From: Macrostomum lignano
Lineage: Eukaryota
Direction of reading: 5' to 3'
Assembly: GCA_002269645.1 (NCBI GenBank)
Contig: NIVC01002752.1
Coordinates: 1 to 64,000 of the forward strand
Length of the DNA: 64,000 bases
Within the stretch, counting starts at the first letter, position 1, and each line of letters opens with the position of its first letter. Made by a program: the position numbers and the translations under genes. Below, piece by piece: positions 52,410 to 63,921 of this stretch. Below the pieces are notes generated by a model, which saw only the letters and a program-made list of their open reading frames with translations, was not told the DNA's origin and did no database searches.

Positions 52410-52617
52410 TTGATTGATGACGGACTGACTGAACGTTAGCCACTGCGGCCCCTTTGGATTTGAGGCTTCGTGCTGCTTGTTGACAACAAAAAGAATGATT
52501 TGTTTAGCAGCTACATTATGGAGGCTGCTTTCCTGGAATTTCACCAGTTTTGCTTTGTTACTTTTTATGGCCTCTAGGCAATAGACGGGTTAATTAGACC
52601 GCATTTGCACTAAGAGA

Positions 52618-52815
52618 TCACTGCTATCAGTGTGCCCAATCCCTGCCATCAGTGTGCCCAATCACTGCTATCAGTGTGCCCAATCACTGCTATCAGTGTG
52701 CCCAATCACTGCCATCAGTGTGCCCAATCACTGCTATCAGTGTGCCCAATCCCTGCCATCAGTGTGCCCAATCACTGCTATCAGTGTGCCCAATCACTGC
52801 AATCACTGTGCCCAA
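52618..52815. repeat. Minisatellite, 22-bp unit TGCCCAATCACTGCTATCAGTG
   Basis: 22-aa period in translation; lies between RPL11 copy 2 and OSCP1. Confidence 0.93.
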
Positions 52816-53050
52816 TCACTATACTCAGTCAGTGTGTCAAATAACTCTGCCTTGATAACCCTCAAATCTTAGACAAATCCAGTTGTATTATCATTCAAAA
52901 GACAGTATTTTGAATTTATTATTGATACAAGCACATGCATGTATTGATACAATGATACAATGCCTTGATTGATACAATTGATGCATTGATACAATGCACT
53001 ATAATGTTCCTGCTGTAATCTTCATCAACGTAGTATAATTACAATTAATA

Positions 53051-56000
53051 ATGTCGCAGCACGCCTTGCCAGTACTGTTTATTAACATGGGCGGCGAGAT
53101 GCTCTACATCCTTGATCAAAGACTGCACGCTCAAAAGATTGATAACGAAAAGGCGCGCAAGGTGCTTAACGATATTGTTGGCACAATGTTTAACAAGCGC
53201 TTCATGGAGGAGCTATTTAGACCGCAGGAGCTGTTCACCCGCAATAGTCTGCGCGTCCTGTTCGATCGTCTGGCACACGCGTCCATCATGCGCCTAAATT
53301 CGGCTAGCATGGACAAGCTGTACGATCTAATGACTATGGCAGTCAAGTTCCAGGTGTACATGGCTGAGCGACCGCGCGACCTGTTAATGGTGTGCCTGAA
53401 TCACCTGGACTGGGTGGCCAAGCAGTTGCAGGGCGAGGACAGCCCGGCTAAGCAGGCCCTATTTTGCACCTACAAGCTGCTGGCTTTGCTGGATAAACAG
53501 CTGGGCTACGGTGACTGGCAGGCCATGCGGCACTGTCTGATGAATTTCTTTCAGGTGAGACTGATTGTCTGCTAGCTTGCAGGTCAGGCCTATTCCCGTT
53601 GTAAACAACTAATTAGCGTCTCTGGTCCGACTCTTGTGACTTTTTAACGTCTCAAACGGCTATAATGCGACGGAGAGATACGAATCTACGGCCCCAGAGT
53701 CATGAAAGAAGCGCCCCGTTTCAGAGGAAACGCCTCGAATTGACTCTTTGGGGAATCTTCGACGCCTTGTACCGTAACATCTCGTCGTTTGAATCGACTT
53801 TGAATCGATTTGAATCCACTAATTTATTCCATTTCCACCCATAGGACACGCACACTCGAGTGTCAATCTTTCTGAAGGAGGGCACGCAGGACAATTCTGG
53901 CCGATTTCGCCTGCCATTCGGCGGCCCCCTGCCAGCTGGCTTCGCTAAGCTGGGAAATGTGCAGCTGTACACCAATAGGGGCAAGCCGCTGCAGCCGGCC
54001 AGCTTCTCCGTCAAGCAGTTCAACGGTCAGAGTCGCGAAGGCTCGGCTGATATGCGAGGCGATCGGGGCACTTCGCTAGGCTGCAATATGTACGCTGGCG
54101 GGCAGGTGGACACCTCGGCGCCGCCGACGCAGCAGCCGACTGGCTCGGAGTCCCGGCAGCAGCAGAAACAGCAGCAGCGCAGCAAAGGAGCCCCGACGCC
54201 TCAACTGGTTGCTGCCCCATCCGATCTGGATAGTTATCAGGTTATTGGCGTGTTTGAATTCCAGTTGTAGCTTGTCACTGATGTAGCTTGTCACTGATGC
54301 AGCTTGTCACTGATGCAGCTTGTCACTGATGTAGCTTGTCACTGATGCAGCTTGTCACTGATGCAGCTTGTCACTGATGTAGCTTGTCACTGATGCAGCT
54401 TGTCACTGATGCAGCTTGTCACTGATGTAGCTTGTCACTGGTGCAGCTTGTCACTGATGTAGCTTGTCACTGATGTAGCTTGTCACTGGTGCAGCTTGTC
54501 ACTGATGCAACTTGTCACTGATGTAGCTTGTCACTGATGCAACTTGTCACTGATGTAGCTTGTCACTGATGCAGCTTGTCACTGATGCAACTTGTCACTG
54601 ATGTAGCTTGTCACTTATGTAGCTTGTCACTGATGCAGCTTGTCACTGATGTAGCTTGTCCCTGATGCAGCTTGTCACTGATGCAGCTTGTCACTGATGT
54701 AGCTTGTCACTGGTGCAGCTTGTCACTGATGTAGCTTGTCACTGATGCAGCTTGTCACTGATGCAGCTTGTCAACTGATGTAGCTTGTCACTGATGTAGC
54801 TTGTCACTGATGCAGCTTGTCACTGATGCAGCTTGTCACTGATGCAGCTTGTCACTGATGTAGCTTGTCACTGATGCAGCTTGTCACTGATGCAGCTTGT
54901 CACTGATGTAGCTTGTCACTGATGCAGCTTGTCACTGATGCAGCTTGTCACTGATGTAGCTTGTCACTGATGCAGCTTGTCACTGATGTAGCTTGTCACT
55001 GATGCAGCTTGTCACTGATGTAGCTTGTCACTGATGCAGCTTGTCACTGATGTAGCTTGTCACTGATGCAACTTGTCACTGATGTAGCTTGTCACTGATG
55101 TAGCTTGTCACTGATGCAACTTGTCACTGATGTAGCTTGTCACTTATGTAGCTTGTCACTGATGCAGCTTGTCACTGATGTAGCTTGTCCCTGATGCAGC
55201 TTGTCACTGATGCAGCTTGTCAACTGATGTAGCTTGTCACTGATGTAGCTTGTCACTGATGCAGCTTGTCACTGATGCAGCTTGTCAACTGATGTAGCTT
55301 GTCACTGATGTAGCTTGTCACTGATGCAGCTTGTCACTGATGCAGCTTGTCACTGATGCAGCTTGTCACTGATGTAGCTTGTCACTTATGTAGCTTGTCA
55401 CTGATGTAGCTTGTCACTGATGTAGATGTCACTGATGTAGATGTCACTGATGCAGCTTGTCACTGATGCAGCTTGTCACTGATGCAGCTTGTCAGTCACT
55501 TATGTAATCAGTCACTGATACAACTGACAATACACTAAAACAACGGTATCGCATGTGACCCTCCAATGTGACGGTCAAATTAATGGTCACACATACCAAA
55601 TACTTTGTTTTCTACGTTTATGTTTTTCTTAAATTAACCAAACATACAATGTATACACACAGAGGTCACATTGACGGTCACGTGAATGACCATCTATTTG
55701 ACGGTCACAAGTGTAACAGGTAGTGTCACATTTTTGACGGTGACCAAAAAAAATTGTGACTGTGCTGCAAATTTTTGTAGCAGAACAAAAAGGCCGCCAA
55801 CGTATAGTGGCAGATCATTCAGTGTTGATTAGACAGTAACAGCTTTTAGAATAATATTTAGCTATCAAATAATGTTATTGTCCAATTTCTGTCAGACGGA
55901 CCCCAACGCGGCCGCCCAGTTGGACCTGCTGGCCCAGCTGATCGGCTCCGGGCCCAGACGGTCCGGCGCGTCCGGCTTCCGGCTGAATCTGTTCCGCAAC

Positions 56001-56282
56001 GACGCCGAAGAGGAGGAGGCCGAGTCCGTCGTCGCCGCCTCGGCCGGCCCGACGCCCGGCGCCCGAGATCATCGGGTGTTGAATTTCGACGCCCGAGAGG
56101 CCGGCAAAGGCGGTCGCGATCGGCTCAGCCACGTGATGCGCGACCTTCGACTGGACGACGACGACGCCAATGATGACGGCGGTGACTACAGCAGAAATCG
56201 GCGTGGCGGCCAGGGGCGTACGAGAAGCGGCGGCGGCGGTCAGCGCAACCTGTTGGATCTGATGGACGAGGAAAATGATTAG
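53051..56282 (+). CDS. OSCP1: OSCP1 (organic solute carrier partner 1) family protein, 3 exons, 428 aa
   Basis: Exons 53051-53554, 53845-54240, 55896-56282, all phase 0. N-terminus LPVLFINMGGEMLYILDQRL...RLAHASIMRLNSASMDKLYDLMTMA is characteristic of the family. Confidence 0.92.
54268..55495. repeat. Minisatellite, 16-bp unit GATG(C/T)AGCTTGTCACT, about 77 copies, OSCP1 intron 2
   Basis: Direct periodicity, starting about 27 nt after the donor at 54241. Confidence 0.97.
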
Positions 56283-57499
56283 TTGCTGAGAGGTCTGGGT
56301 TTAATCCGGACTTTTGTGATCTGCTCTTTTTTAATATTCAGAACATATTTTCGGTGTTTTACGATTTAGAACAGTGCTTTTGTGGCTTTTGCTGTCGTGA
56401 ATTGAGTTGACATTCTTGAATCAATAATCTCACTTGTTTTGCCTCGTTTATATTAACTCTATTGTGTTTAATAGATGATTTTTATTGATGTGTAATCGTG
56501 AGCAGTTCAATTGGTTTAGAGAACACTGTGCGTTTTCACAAACTCTATGGATATCTTAGTTTCAGAGAATTATCTATGCTTGTGCTGTCCACTAACAGTT
56601 GCAATATCGTGAACCTGGTATTGTGTTTGCTACATATAATAAATATGTAGATCTTTTTCAACATGAACACTGATCCAGTGGCTTTCAATCAGGTTTTGCC
56701 CTTATACTACGCTAAAGCTCTCTATCTAGATTCTCTTGTTTCTGAAATCCTACAAGTACAAGAATTTAGTGCCTTAGTGCTATCATCGTGTCGCTGTGGA
56801 ATAGCTTAATTGTAGCTCTAGACACTTTAATGACTAATTGATCATAGATATTAATGTTTTGTTAATCACTTTTTATTAGCACGATTCAGGATAAACCGCG
56901 ATATTCAAGGAGAGTTTCAAGTCCCAACTACAAACTACCCAATCATAAAGCATAAGGTTCCATCTCCATTTCGATTTGACTTCGCGTTAATTTTTGCCAA
57001 AAAAGAACTATTCTATTACCAAAATCCGTCCTGAATTTCGCATTATAGTAGTATAGTAGTATGACAGACACTTAGCTTAATTATTTAATACTATGCTTTC
57101 TATTATCACGTATTTTTGTTTATTTCACTTCAATACTACTAGGCTTTGAAAGCGTGATTTTTTTAACTGTGATGCTGTGTGTAACATTCCAGATCTGTGT
57201 CGCTGTTTACTATTGAAAGTTCTGTTCATTTTTATATAATTTTTTTACTTTGTTTTAGCTTATTAAAGCCGCTCTAGATGCACTCTAGATGTTGTTTGTT
57301 TAAATTCAATAATAGCCGTCTTCTGCTGTGTTCTTTATTTCTCTTTTGTGTATATTTCCCTAGTTTAAAAAAAACACAGTATTGCCATGAAATAGGAATC
57401 AGAGGGCTCAGATAGCTAGAGTTGGCCAACATTTTTTAGTAAGACTGCTTGCCAATTTTGTATTTTGAAAAAAGCTAACACCTAAGCAGTACCTGCGAC

Positions 57500-57535
57500 A
57501 GACTGGCAGGCAGACAGACAGACAGACAGACAGAC

Positions 57536-57622
<87 letters not shown>

Positions 57623-57625
57623 TAA

Positions 57626-57666
<41 letters not shown>

Positions 57667-57687
57667 TAGACAGACAGACAGACAGAC

Positions 57688-57726
<39 letters not shown>

Positions 57727-57832
57727 TAGATAGACAGACAGACAGATAGACAGACAGACAGACAGATAGATAGACAGACAGACAGATAGACAGACAGACA
57801 GACAGATAGACAGACAGACAGACCAGACAGAC

Positions 57833-57875
<43 letters not shown>

Positions 57876-57904
57876 TAGACAGACAGATAGACAGACAGAC
57901 AGAC

Positions 57905-57967
<63 letters not shown>

Positions 57968-58005
57968 TAGACAGACAGACCAGACAGATAGACAGACAGA
58001 CAGAC

Positions 58006-58036
<31 letters not shown>

Positions 58037-58226
58037 TAGACAGACAGACAGACAGACAGATAGACAGACAGACCAGACAGACAGATAGACAGACAGACAG
58101 GCAGACAGACAGACAGGCAGACAGACAGGCAGACAGACAGGCAGACAGACAGACAGACAGGCAGACAGACAGACAGGCAGACAGACAGACAGGCAGACAG
58201 ACAGGCAGACAGACAGACAGACAGAC
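57500..58226. repeat. (GACA)n/(GATA)n tetranucleotide satellite
   Basis: About 730 bp of GACA with GATA and GGCA variants, ending about 100 bp before RPL27 copy 1. Confidence 0.98.
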
Positions 58227-58330
58227 ACACTGGGAAAATTAGTAGAGAAAATCGCACCTGGGCTTCCGTATCCTGTCCCAAGTTGCGCACTGATCCACCT
58301 CCACCTTGCAGACCTGCTCCCGCAGCAATA

Positions 58331-58771
58331 ATGGTGTCAAAAATCATGAAAGCCGGTCGCGTCGTGGTGGTGCTGTCCGGCAGGTACGCCGGTCGGAAGG
58401 CCTTCATCGTGAAGAACTACGACAAGTCCGGCTCTGACGAGAGCAGCGGCAAGTCCGGCCAGGACAAGCGCAACTACTCGCACTCTCTGGTTGTGGGAGT
58501 GGACCGCTATCCGCGCAAAATCACCAGGAGCATGGGCAAGAAGAGGGCCGCCAAGAAGACCAAGCTGAAGCCGTTCATCAAGATTATGAACCACAACCAC
58601 GTGCTGCCAACTCGCTACGTTGTGGACACCACCTTCGACAGTAAAGTCGTGAACAAGGAGGCGTTCAAGGACGCCGCGGCCAAGCGCAAGGCAATGGCAC
58701 TTGTCAAGAGCCTGGAGGAGAAGTACAAGGCGGGCAAGAACAAGTGGTTCTTCACCAAGTTGCGCTTCTAA
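58331..58771 (+). CDS. RPL27: 60S ribosomal protein L27 (eL27), copy 1, intronless, 146 aa
   Basis: [25 protein letters not shown], and [16 protein letters not shown]-stop; CCGCAG acceptor at 58324-58325. Confidence 0.96.
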   Translation: MVSKIMKAGRVVVVLSGRYAGRKAFIVKNYDKSGSDESSGKSGQDKRNYSHSLVVGVDRYPRKITRSMGKKRAAKKTKLKPFIKIMNHNHVLPTRYVVDTTFDSKVVNKEAFKDAAAKRKAMALVKSLEEKYKAGKNKWFFTKLRF

Positions 58772-59091
58772 CTTTGTGGCTATTGTTATTGTTAGGATTT
58801 GCAACTCTGTAATATACGACTCTCAGTGAGATTGATGAACTGTTCTCGCCTGTTTTAGCGAGTGTCCGAGAAAAGTTTATGGTTTTATTCATTTTTTCTC
58901 CACTTTTCTAGTAAAACAACTTTTATGCGGGATAGGTTGGAAATCTACTTAAAATATTTCAAATAAATTGTAAATTGCAATCCCGAAATGATTTCCTGTT
59001 CTCCTGTTCCAGCCAGTCAGCTTACTGCCGCCCTACGGATTAATCAAATTTGGCTAAAAGCAGATAAGGAGAATTACAAAGACTGAAACAA

Positions 59092-59568
59092 ATGGCCGCC
59101 GGGTCCGCAGACATTCTGAGCCGCCGCCTACAGAAAGAACTAATGGAGGTCATGACAGTTGGCGAGAAGGGCCTGTCAGCATTTCCCGAGGGCGAGAATC
59201 TCACTCGATGGACGGCCACACTGGAGGGTCCCGCTGGCACGCCGTACGAAGGCGACGTTTACAAACTGTCGCTGGAGTTCCCGGCCGATTACCCCTATAA
59301 GAGTCCCGTTGTCCGCTTCACTACTCCCTGCTTTCATCCCAATGTAGACCAGTACGGCAACATCTGCTTGGACATTCTCAAGGAGAACTGGAGCGCCCTG
59401 TACACCGTGCGCACTATCTTGCTGTCCTTGCGATCTCTGCTTAACGAGCCCAACAATGACAGTCCGTTGAACGCGCAGGCCGCCAGTCTGTGGTGCAATC
59501 CGGCCAAATTCGCCGAGAAGAAGCGCGCCTTTCAGGAGCAGCAGCGCAGCGCTTCAACTAAGTCCTGA
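59092..59568 (+). CDS. UBE2C: Ubiquitin-conjugating enzyme E2, UBE2C/UbcH10-like, intronless, 158 aa
   Basis: RLQKELM, SAFPEGENL, FHPNVDQYGNICLDILKENWSALY (catalytic Cys), SLLNEPNNDSPLN; acceptor candidate TTCCAG at 59011-59012. Confidence 0.88.
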   Translation: MAAGSADILSRRLQKELMEVMTVGEKGLSAFPEGENLTRWTATLEGPAGTPYEGDVYKLSLEFPADYPYKSPVVRFTTPCFHPNVDQYGNICLDILKENWSALYTVRTILLSLRSLLNEPNNDSPLNAQAASLWCNPAKFAEKKRAFQEQQRSASTKS

Positions 59569-59817
59569 GAGACCGGATTCTATGTTGGCTAGCCTTCTGT
59601 ATTTCATAGAATAACACATAGCTGCAGATTGACTTTTGCTAATTGTTTTTCGTTTAGTAATTCTAGTTTTAGTAACTAAAATATAATAATTTGGCTACTT
59701 TCTTACACAATCCCCCGTATAAAAGTGGGGCGGTCACAATGGAGGGTCACAAAACGGTCACATAGTCAAAAATTGTATACGTACAATTGACAGATATTAA
59801 AATAACTAGATTGGCGT

Positions 59818-60375
59818 GTGAGTTCAGTAGCAAGGAAATATATATAAACTGTTTTATGAAAATAAATGGTCAGTTAAAGATAATTTTAATAGGTTTAGAA
59901 GTCCGGTAGAGAAATGCACGGTTGGTGTGTTTAAGCTGGTAGTTAGAGTTAAGGGGTTGCAGCCTAGTGGTCAGAGCGTCGGACTCCCGACTTGAAGGTC
60001 TTTGGTTCGATTCCCGATCCCACTAGAACAATTTGTGTCATTGAGCAGGACACTTAACTCTGCTTTGCTTCAGTTCACCCAGCTGTAAAATGGGTGCCAG
60101 CATCAGCTGGGGTAATTGAGGCTGTGTGGCGACCCCCCCCCCCCCAGTCCTTGGACTGAACAGCCGTATGCAGCCTTCAGATGCGCCGCGCAATAGCTGC
60201 GGCTGAGCTGTCGGTTGCACATCTGGCCCAAATAGGGCAGGTGTAATCAATTATTTATTATTATTATTAAGAGCCAATAAAATAATCAATGTATTTTGTC
60301 TTAACTTACTACTGAACTGACAGTAGCTTAAACGCATATGCGCTGAATGGCCTAACTAGTTATATTAGTATATGT
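59818..60375. mobile_element. Copy of the subterminal-inverted-repeat element, interrupted by SINE copy 2
   Basis: AGTTCAGTAGCAAGGAAATA... before the SINE and GAGCCAATAA...CTACTACTGAACTGACAGTAGCTTA after it match the two halves of 62753-63043. Confidence 0.62.
59950..60270 (+). mobile_element. tRNA-derived CORE-type SINE, copy 2
   Basis: A and B boxes; TTGAGCAGGACACTTAACTC...CAGTTCACCCAGCTGTAAAATGGG parallels the MIR CORE consensus; (TTA)n tail. Confidence 0.87.
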
Positions 60376-61281
60376 GTCGCAATATGGGTAGTTGGGCCTT
60401 TTGTGCATGCATTCGTACGGTTGGAATAATTTTATGTATCTAATAAAGGGTTGAGTTTTGCCAGCTGACTAATATTATACACTGTCGCTTCCACATTCGC
60501 CTGTGCGTGAGTTAGCGGCTACTGTATAATTAATTCAATTTGCTTGTCATTAATTAATTAACTTTAATATGCATGCTAATGTAGCTTTTTATCAGTTTGC
60601 AAGCAACCCACTCTATTGAATTGAATATTACAATAATATAGCTGTGCTCATTTTTTATCTTTTATTACTTAAGGCGTTGTAATTAGTTTCTTTTTTAACT
60701 AATTGCAATCAAATATTTTTACTGCTAAAATATGCACTTTTTGTAAAAAAAATATTGTTAATCCTTTTCCCTTGAAGTTATTAATTTCAAAAAATTATTT
60801 CACTTGAGGGACGCTGGCGTGTGTGATTTCTCTATGCATTCATCTGTCACTGTCTTTTTTATTAGCTCTTAGTGCCGCAACATTTCTTGCTGTATTATAA
60901 TATTAGTTATAGCCCCGTGTAAATTATCTGTGTTCTGTAACTCACGTCCTTGGCTCCTTAACGCCTTAAGCTTTCTACTTATTTATATCATTTTGCACGC
61001 GAATAATCACAATTTTATGTTATGCCTAATTATGTTTCTGCTAGCCAGCACCAATTGAATAGTGTGCTCTGGTGTACATTAGATTGAGGGGCAAAGTTTT
61101 TACGTTGCTCCTGCTCTTTGTTTAATCTCTTTATAACTGGCAACACTAGTTATTTCATTATTATTATGATTGCACTGTCACTTAGATGTCACTACTCAAT
61201 ACCCCCGGCACAGCAGTAGCGCGATTGCTCTATACCACATGACCACATGCTCTATAATTGTTACTTATTCTGATTTAACAC

Positions 61282-61465
61282 CAGGGGTTGGCATAGCCTG
61301 AATGGCCAGATTACAACCTAGCTATTGGCTGCAGGCCAGGTGAGAGAGGAGAGGAGAGAATAGAGAGGAGATATGGGATGAGAGAGATGAAAAAAGAGAG
61401 CTGAGAAGAGACTTTTGCGAAGTTTCAAAGGACCCGAGGGCCGGGTAGGAGTTTGCCGACCCCTG
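61282..61465. mobile_element. hAT-family MITE, copy without intact TSD
   Basis: CAGGGGTTGGCA ... TTGCCGACCCCTG termini; interior homologous to 63708-63921. Confidence 0.7.
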
Positions 61466-62064
61466 TGTTGCTCTTTCCACTGGCTGGGGCAGTATTCAGA
61501 GGCAGTGACTACGCTACCCTTCTGTTAGCTTAGCCGGCATTCGCTGTACAAATAATCGATTTTTTTAGATCCGTCATTTCATAAATCCAATAGCAATTAT
61601 TCTAACCCTGGAACTGACCTATAAATGGCTTGTATCTATTATACTCCTTATGTATCTTTATCATTACACTTGATACTCTATAAATAATGTATGACTCTTA
61701 CTTATCATTTTATATAATAGTAGGTCCTATTTATTTAAATCGTATATACGCGTATTAATAAAAAAATTCTGGTCAATCCTTTACTTGTTTGTTTTTATTA
61801 TTTTAAATTCTGACAACAAAAATTCGACTCATTGCTCGTGTAAACTGAACATAAAATATGTCGTGCGATTTCTTTACAATGAATAAATATTATTATATAC
61901 ATTGACTGATGCTCCAAAGTCTGCTTGTTGCCTTTTTTCAATCAATTTCTTGTTTTTAATCACTAGTGCTAGGGTTTTAGTATTGATATCTTGGGCTTCC
62001 GTATCCTGTTCCAAGTTGCGCACCGATCCACCTCCGCCTTGCAGACCTGCTCCCCGCAGCAATA

Positions 62065-62505
62065 ATGGTGTCGAAAATCATGAAAGCCGGTCGCGTCGTG
62101 GTGGTGCTGTCCGGCAGGTACGCCGGTCGGAAGGCCTTCATCGTGAAGAACTACGACAAGTCCGGCTCTGACGAGAGCAGCGGCAAGTCCGGCCAGGACA
62201 AGCGCAACTACTCGCACTCTCTGGTTGTGGGAGTGGACCGCTATCCGCGCAAAATCACCAGGAGCATGGGCAAGAAGAGGGCCGCCAAGAAGACCAAGCT
62301 GAAGCCGTTCATCAAGATTATGAACCACAACCACGTGCTGCCAACTCGCTACGTTGTGGACACCACCTTCGACAGTAAAGTCGTGAACAAGGAGGCGTTC
62401 AAGGACGCCGCGGCCAAGCGCAAGGCAATGGCACTTGTCAAGAGCCTGGAGGAGAAGTACAAGGCGGGCAAGAACAAGTGGTTCTTCACCAAGTTGCGCT
62501 TCTAA
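62065..62505 (+). CDS. RPL27: 60S ribosomal protein L27 (eL27), copy 2, intronless
   Basis: Same protein as copy 1; one synonymous difference seen (TCA vs TCG at codon 3); acceptor at 62058-62059; AATAAA at 62560. Confidence 0.96.
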   Translation: MVSKIMKAGRVVVVLSGRYAGRKAFIVKNYDKSGSDESSGKSGQDKRNYSHSLVVGVDRYPRKITRSMGKKRAAKKTKLKPFIKIMNHNHVLPTRYVVDTTFDSKVVNKEAFKDAAAKRKAMALVKSLEEKYKAGKNKWFFTKLRF

Positions 62506-62752
62506 CTTAATTGACTGGCTGATTTATTGACAAATTGTTGTTTGCTCCAGAGGGCTCAGAATAAAATTGATTTGTAAAAGCAGCGTTGATAACTGTTGGC
62601 TTCGACTGGATTGAAATGCTTCTTTTGGAAAGAAAGGCTTCCTTCCGCGTTTCGACTTCTTTGCTAACGTTAGCCGATAGTTAGCAATAAAAACCCTAGT
62701 TTCGATCACAGATACTAAAATAACTAGATGGGCCCACTGAGGCAAATATACT

Positions 62753-63043
62753 TAGTAAAACAGAAGCTTTCTACTTTCAGTTCAGTAGCAAAGAAGAATA
62801 CATAATCTATTTTATAAAAATAAAGGCAGCTGAAATGACTTAATAATGTACATTAGCCAGTCCGAGAAAGGCAATAAAATTTGGGGCGGGGTGGGGGTAG
62901 TTTATAAAGGGGGGGTCAGAGCCAATAAATGAGCCTTGGCTTTAAAATACATTAAAAGGCTTCTGTTTAACCTACTACTGAACTGGAAGTAGCTTACACG
63001 CAAATGTGCTGAGTGGCTTATCTAGTTATTCTAGTATCTGTGG
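62753..63043. mobile_element. Dispersed element with subterminal inverted repeats, copy 3
   Basis: CTACTTTCAGTTCAGTAG at about 62771 and CTACTGAACTGGAAGTAG at about 62975-62992; reverse-complement homology to 9899-10306. Confidence 0.65.
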
Positions 63044-63707
63044 TTCGATGCAATAGTCATTCAGTTAATTTAGATTGCTTTTGCTTTAGACCACTTCAGT
63101 CCTACGAATACAGATCAGCCCCTTGCTCATGAGCCGTTCCAATTCAAAGGTATGAAAATGTCTTGCATTTGTGTCGCCGGAGTTATTTCGAGTTTATTAT
63201 CAACCAGACTGACAAACATTCGCAATCTTCACTTATTCGTTGGCGAATCGAGTCGGCATATACAACTGATTCTTTATATATTTGCTATGAAAGAAATAAG
63301 ATGCGAAATGAAAAGTTAGCTAAGTGCTTGCTTTAGGTGCTTCCGGCCTCCGGCTGTCCGTCGGTTCTGGTGCAGTATCGTATACAGAGTTTTGCTAGCA
63401 ATCAAAATGACACAGAAAAGTAAATATTCACAATGGGACACATTGTATTGCACTGTACTCAGTGTAAAAATAGCCTATGCTTATATCCCTAGTTTGTTTC
63501 ATCTGGTTTAGAATAAAATTTAGTATATAAGGATAACAAATGACAATGCTCCATGAACTTTATCTTCAATTATAATTATGTACTCGTAACAGAATATCCT
63601 AGAATAGATGAACAACAGAAATATTATATTTGTAAGCATTTTCATGAGCCACGGTTACGGAACGCAAAAAATAAGTACGAATGAATGTGCAGTTTGAGAA
63701 TTTAAAG

Positions 63708-63921
63708 TAGGGGTCCGATTGGCAAACTTTACCTCAAGGGCCAGGTTAGGAATCTTGCTTAAATAAGAGTTGGGATGAGAGAGAAGATGAGAGGAGCTGA
63801 GAAACGAGAGAAGAGGGGAGAAAAGGTATTACAGAGCTGAGAAGAGGATTGCTAATGTGAAGTTTCAAAGGATCCGAGGGCCCGATACAGAGGCTTCGCG
63901 GCCGAAGTTTACCGACCCCTG
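63708..63921. mobile_element. hAT-family MITE with 8-bp target site duplication
   Basis: TAGGGGTC...GACCCCTG termini flanked by ATTTAAAG at 63700-63707 and 63922-63929. Confidence 0.82.

Noticed and set aside
50436-52544. Antisense and alternate-frame ORFs over RPL11, RPL27, UBE2C, OSCP1, Rictor and PKA exons
   Set aside because: Typical shadow ORFs of GC-rich coding sequence with no recognisable motifs.
55533-55810. CACTA-like element with GACGGTCACA motifs (related motif at about 59720-59770)
   Set aside because: Repeated motifs are visible, but matching termini and a TSD could not be established.
57475-58407. 310-aa and 248-aa (SVCL)n minus-strand ORFs
   Set aside because: Translation of the (GACA)n satellite plus the antisense of RPL27.
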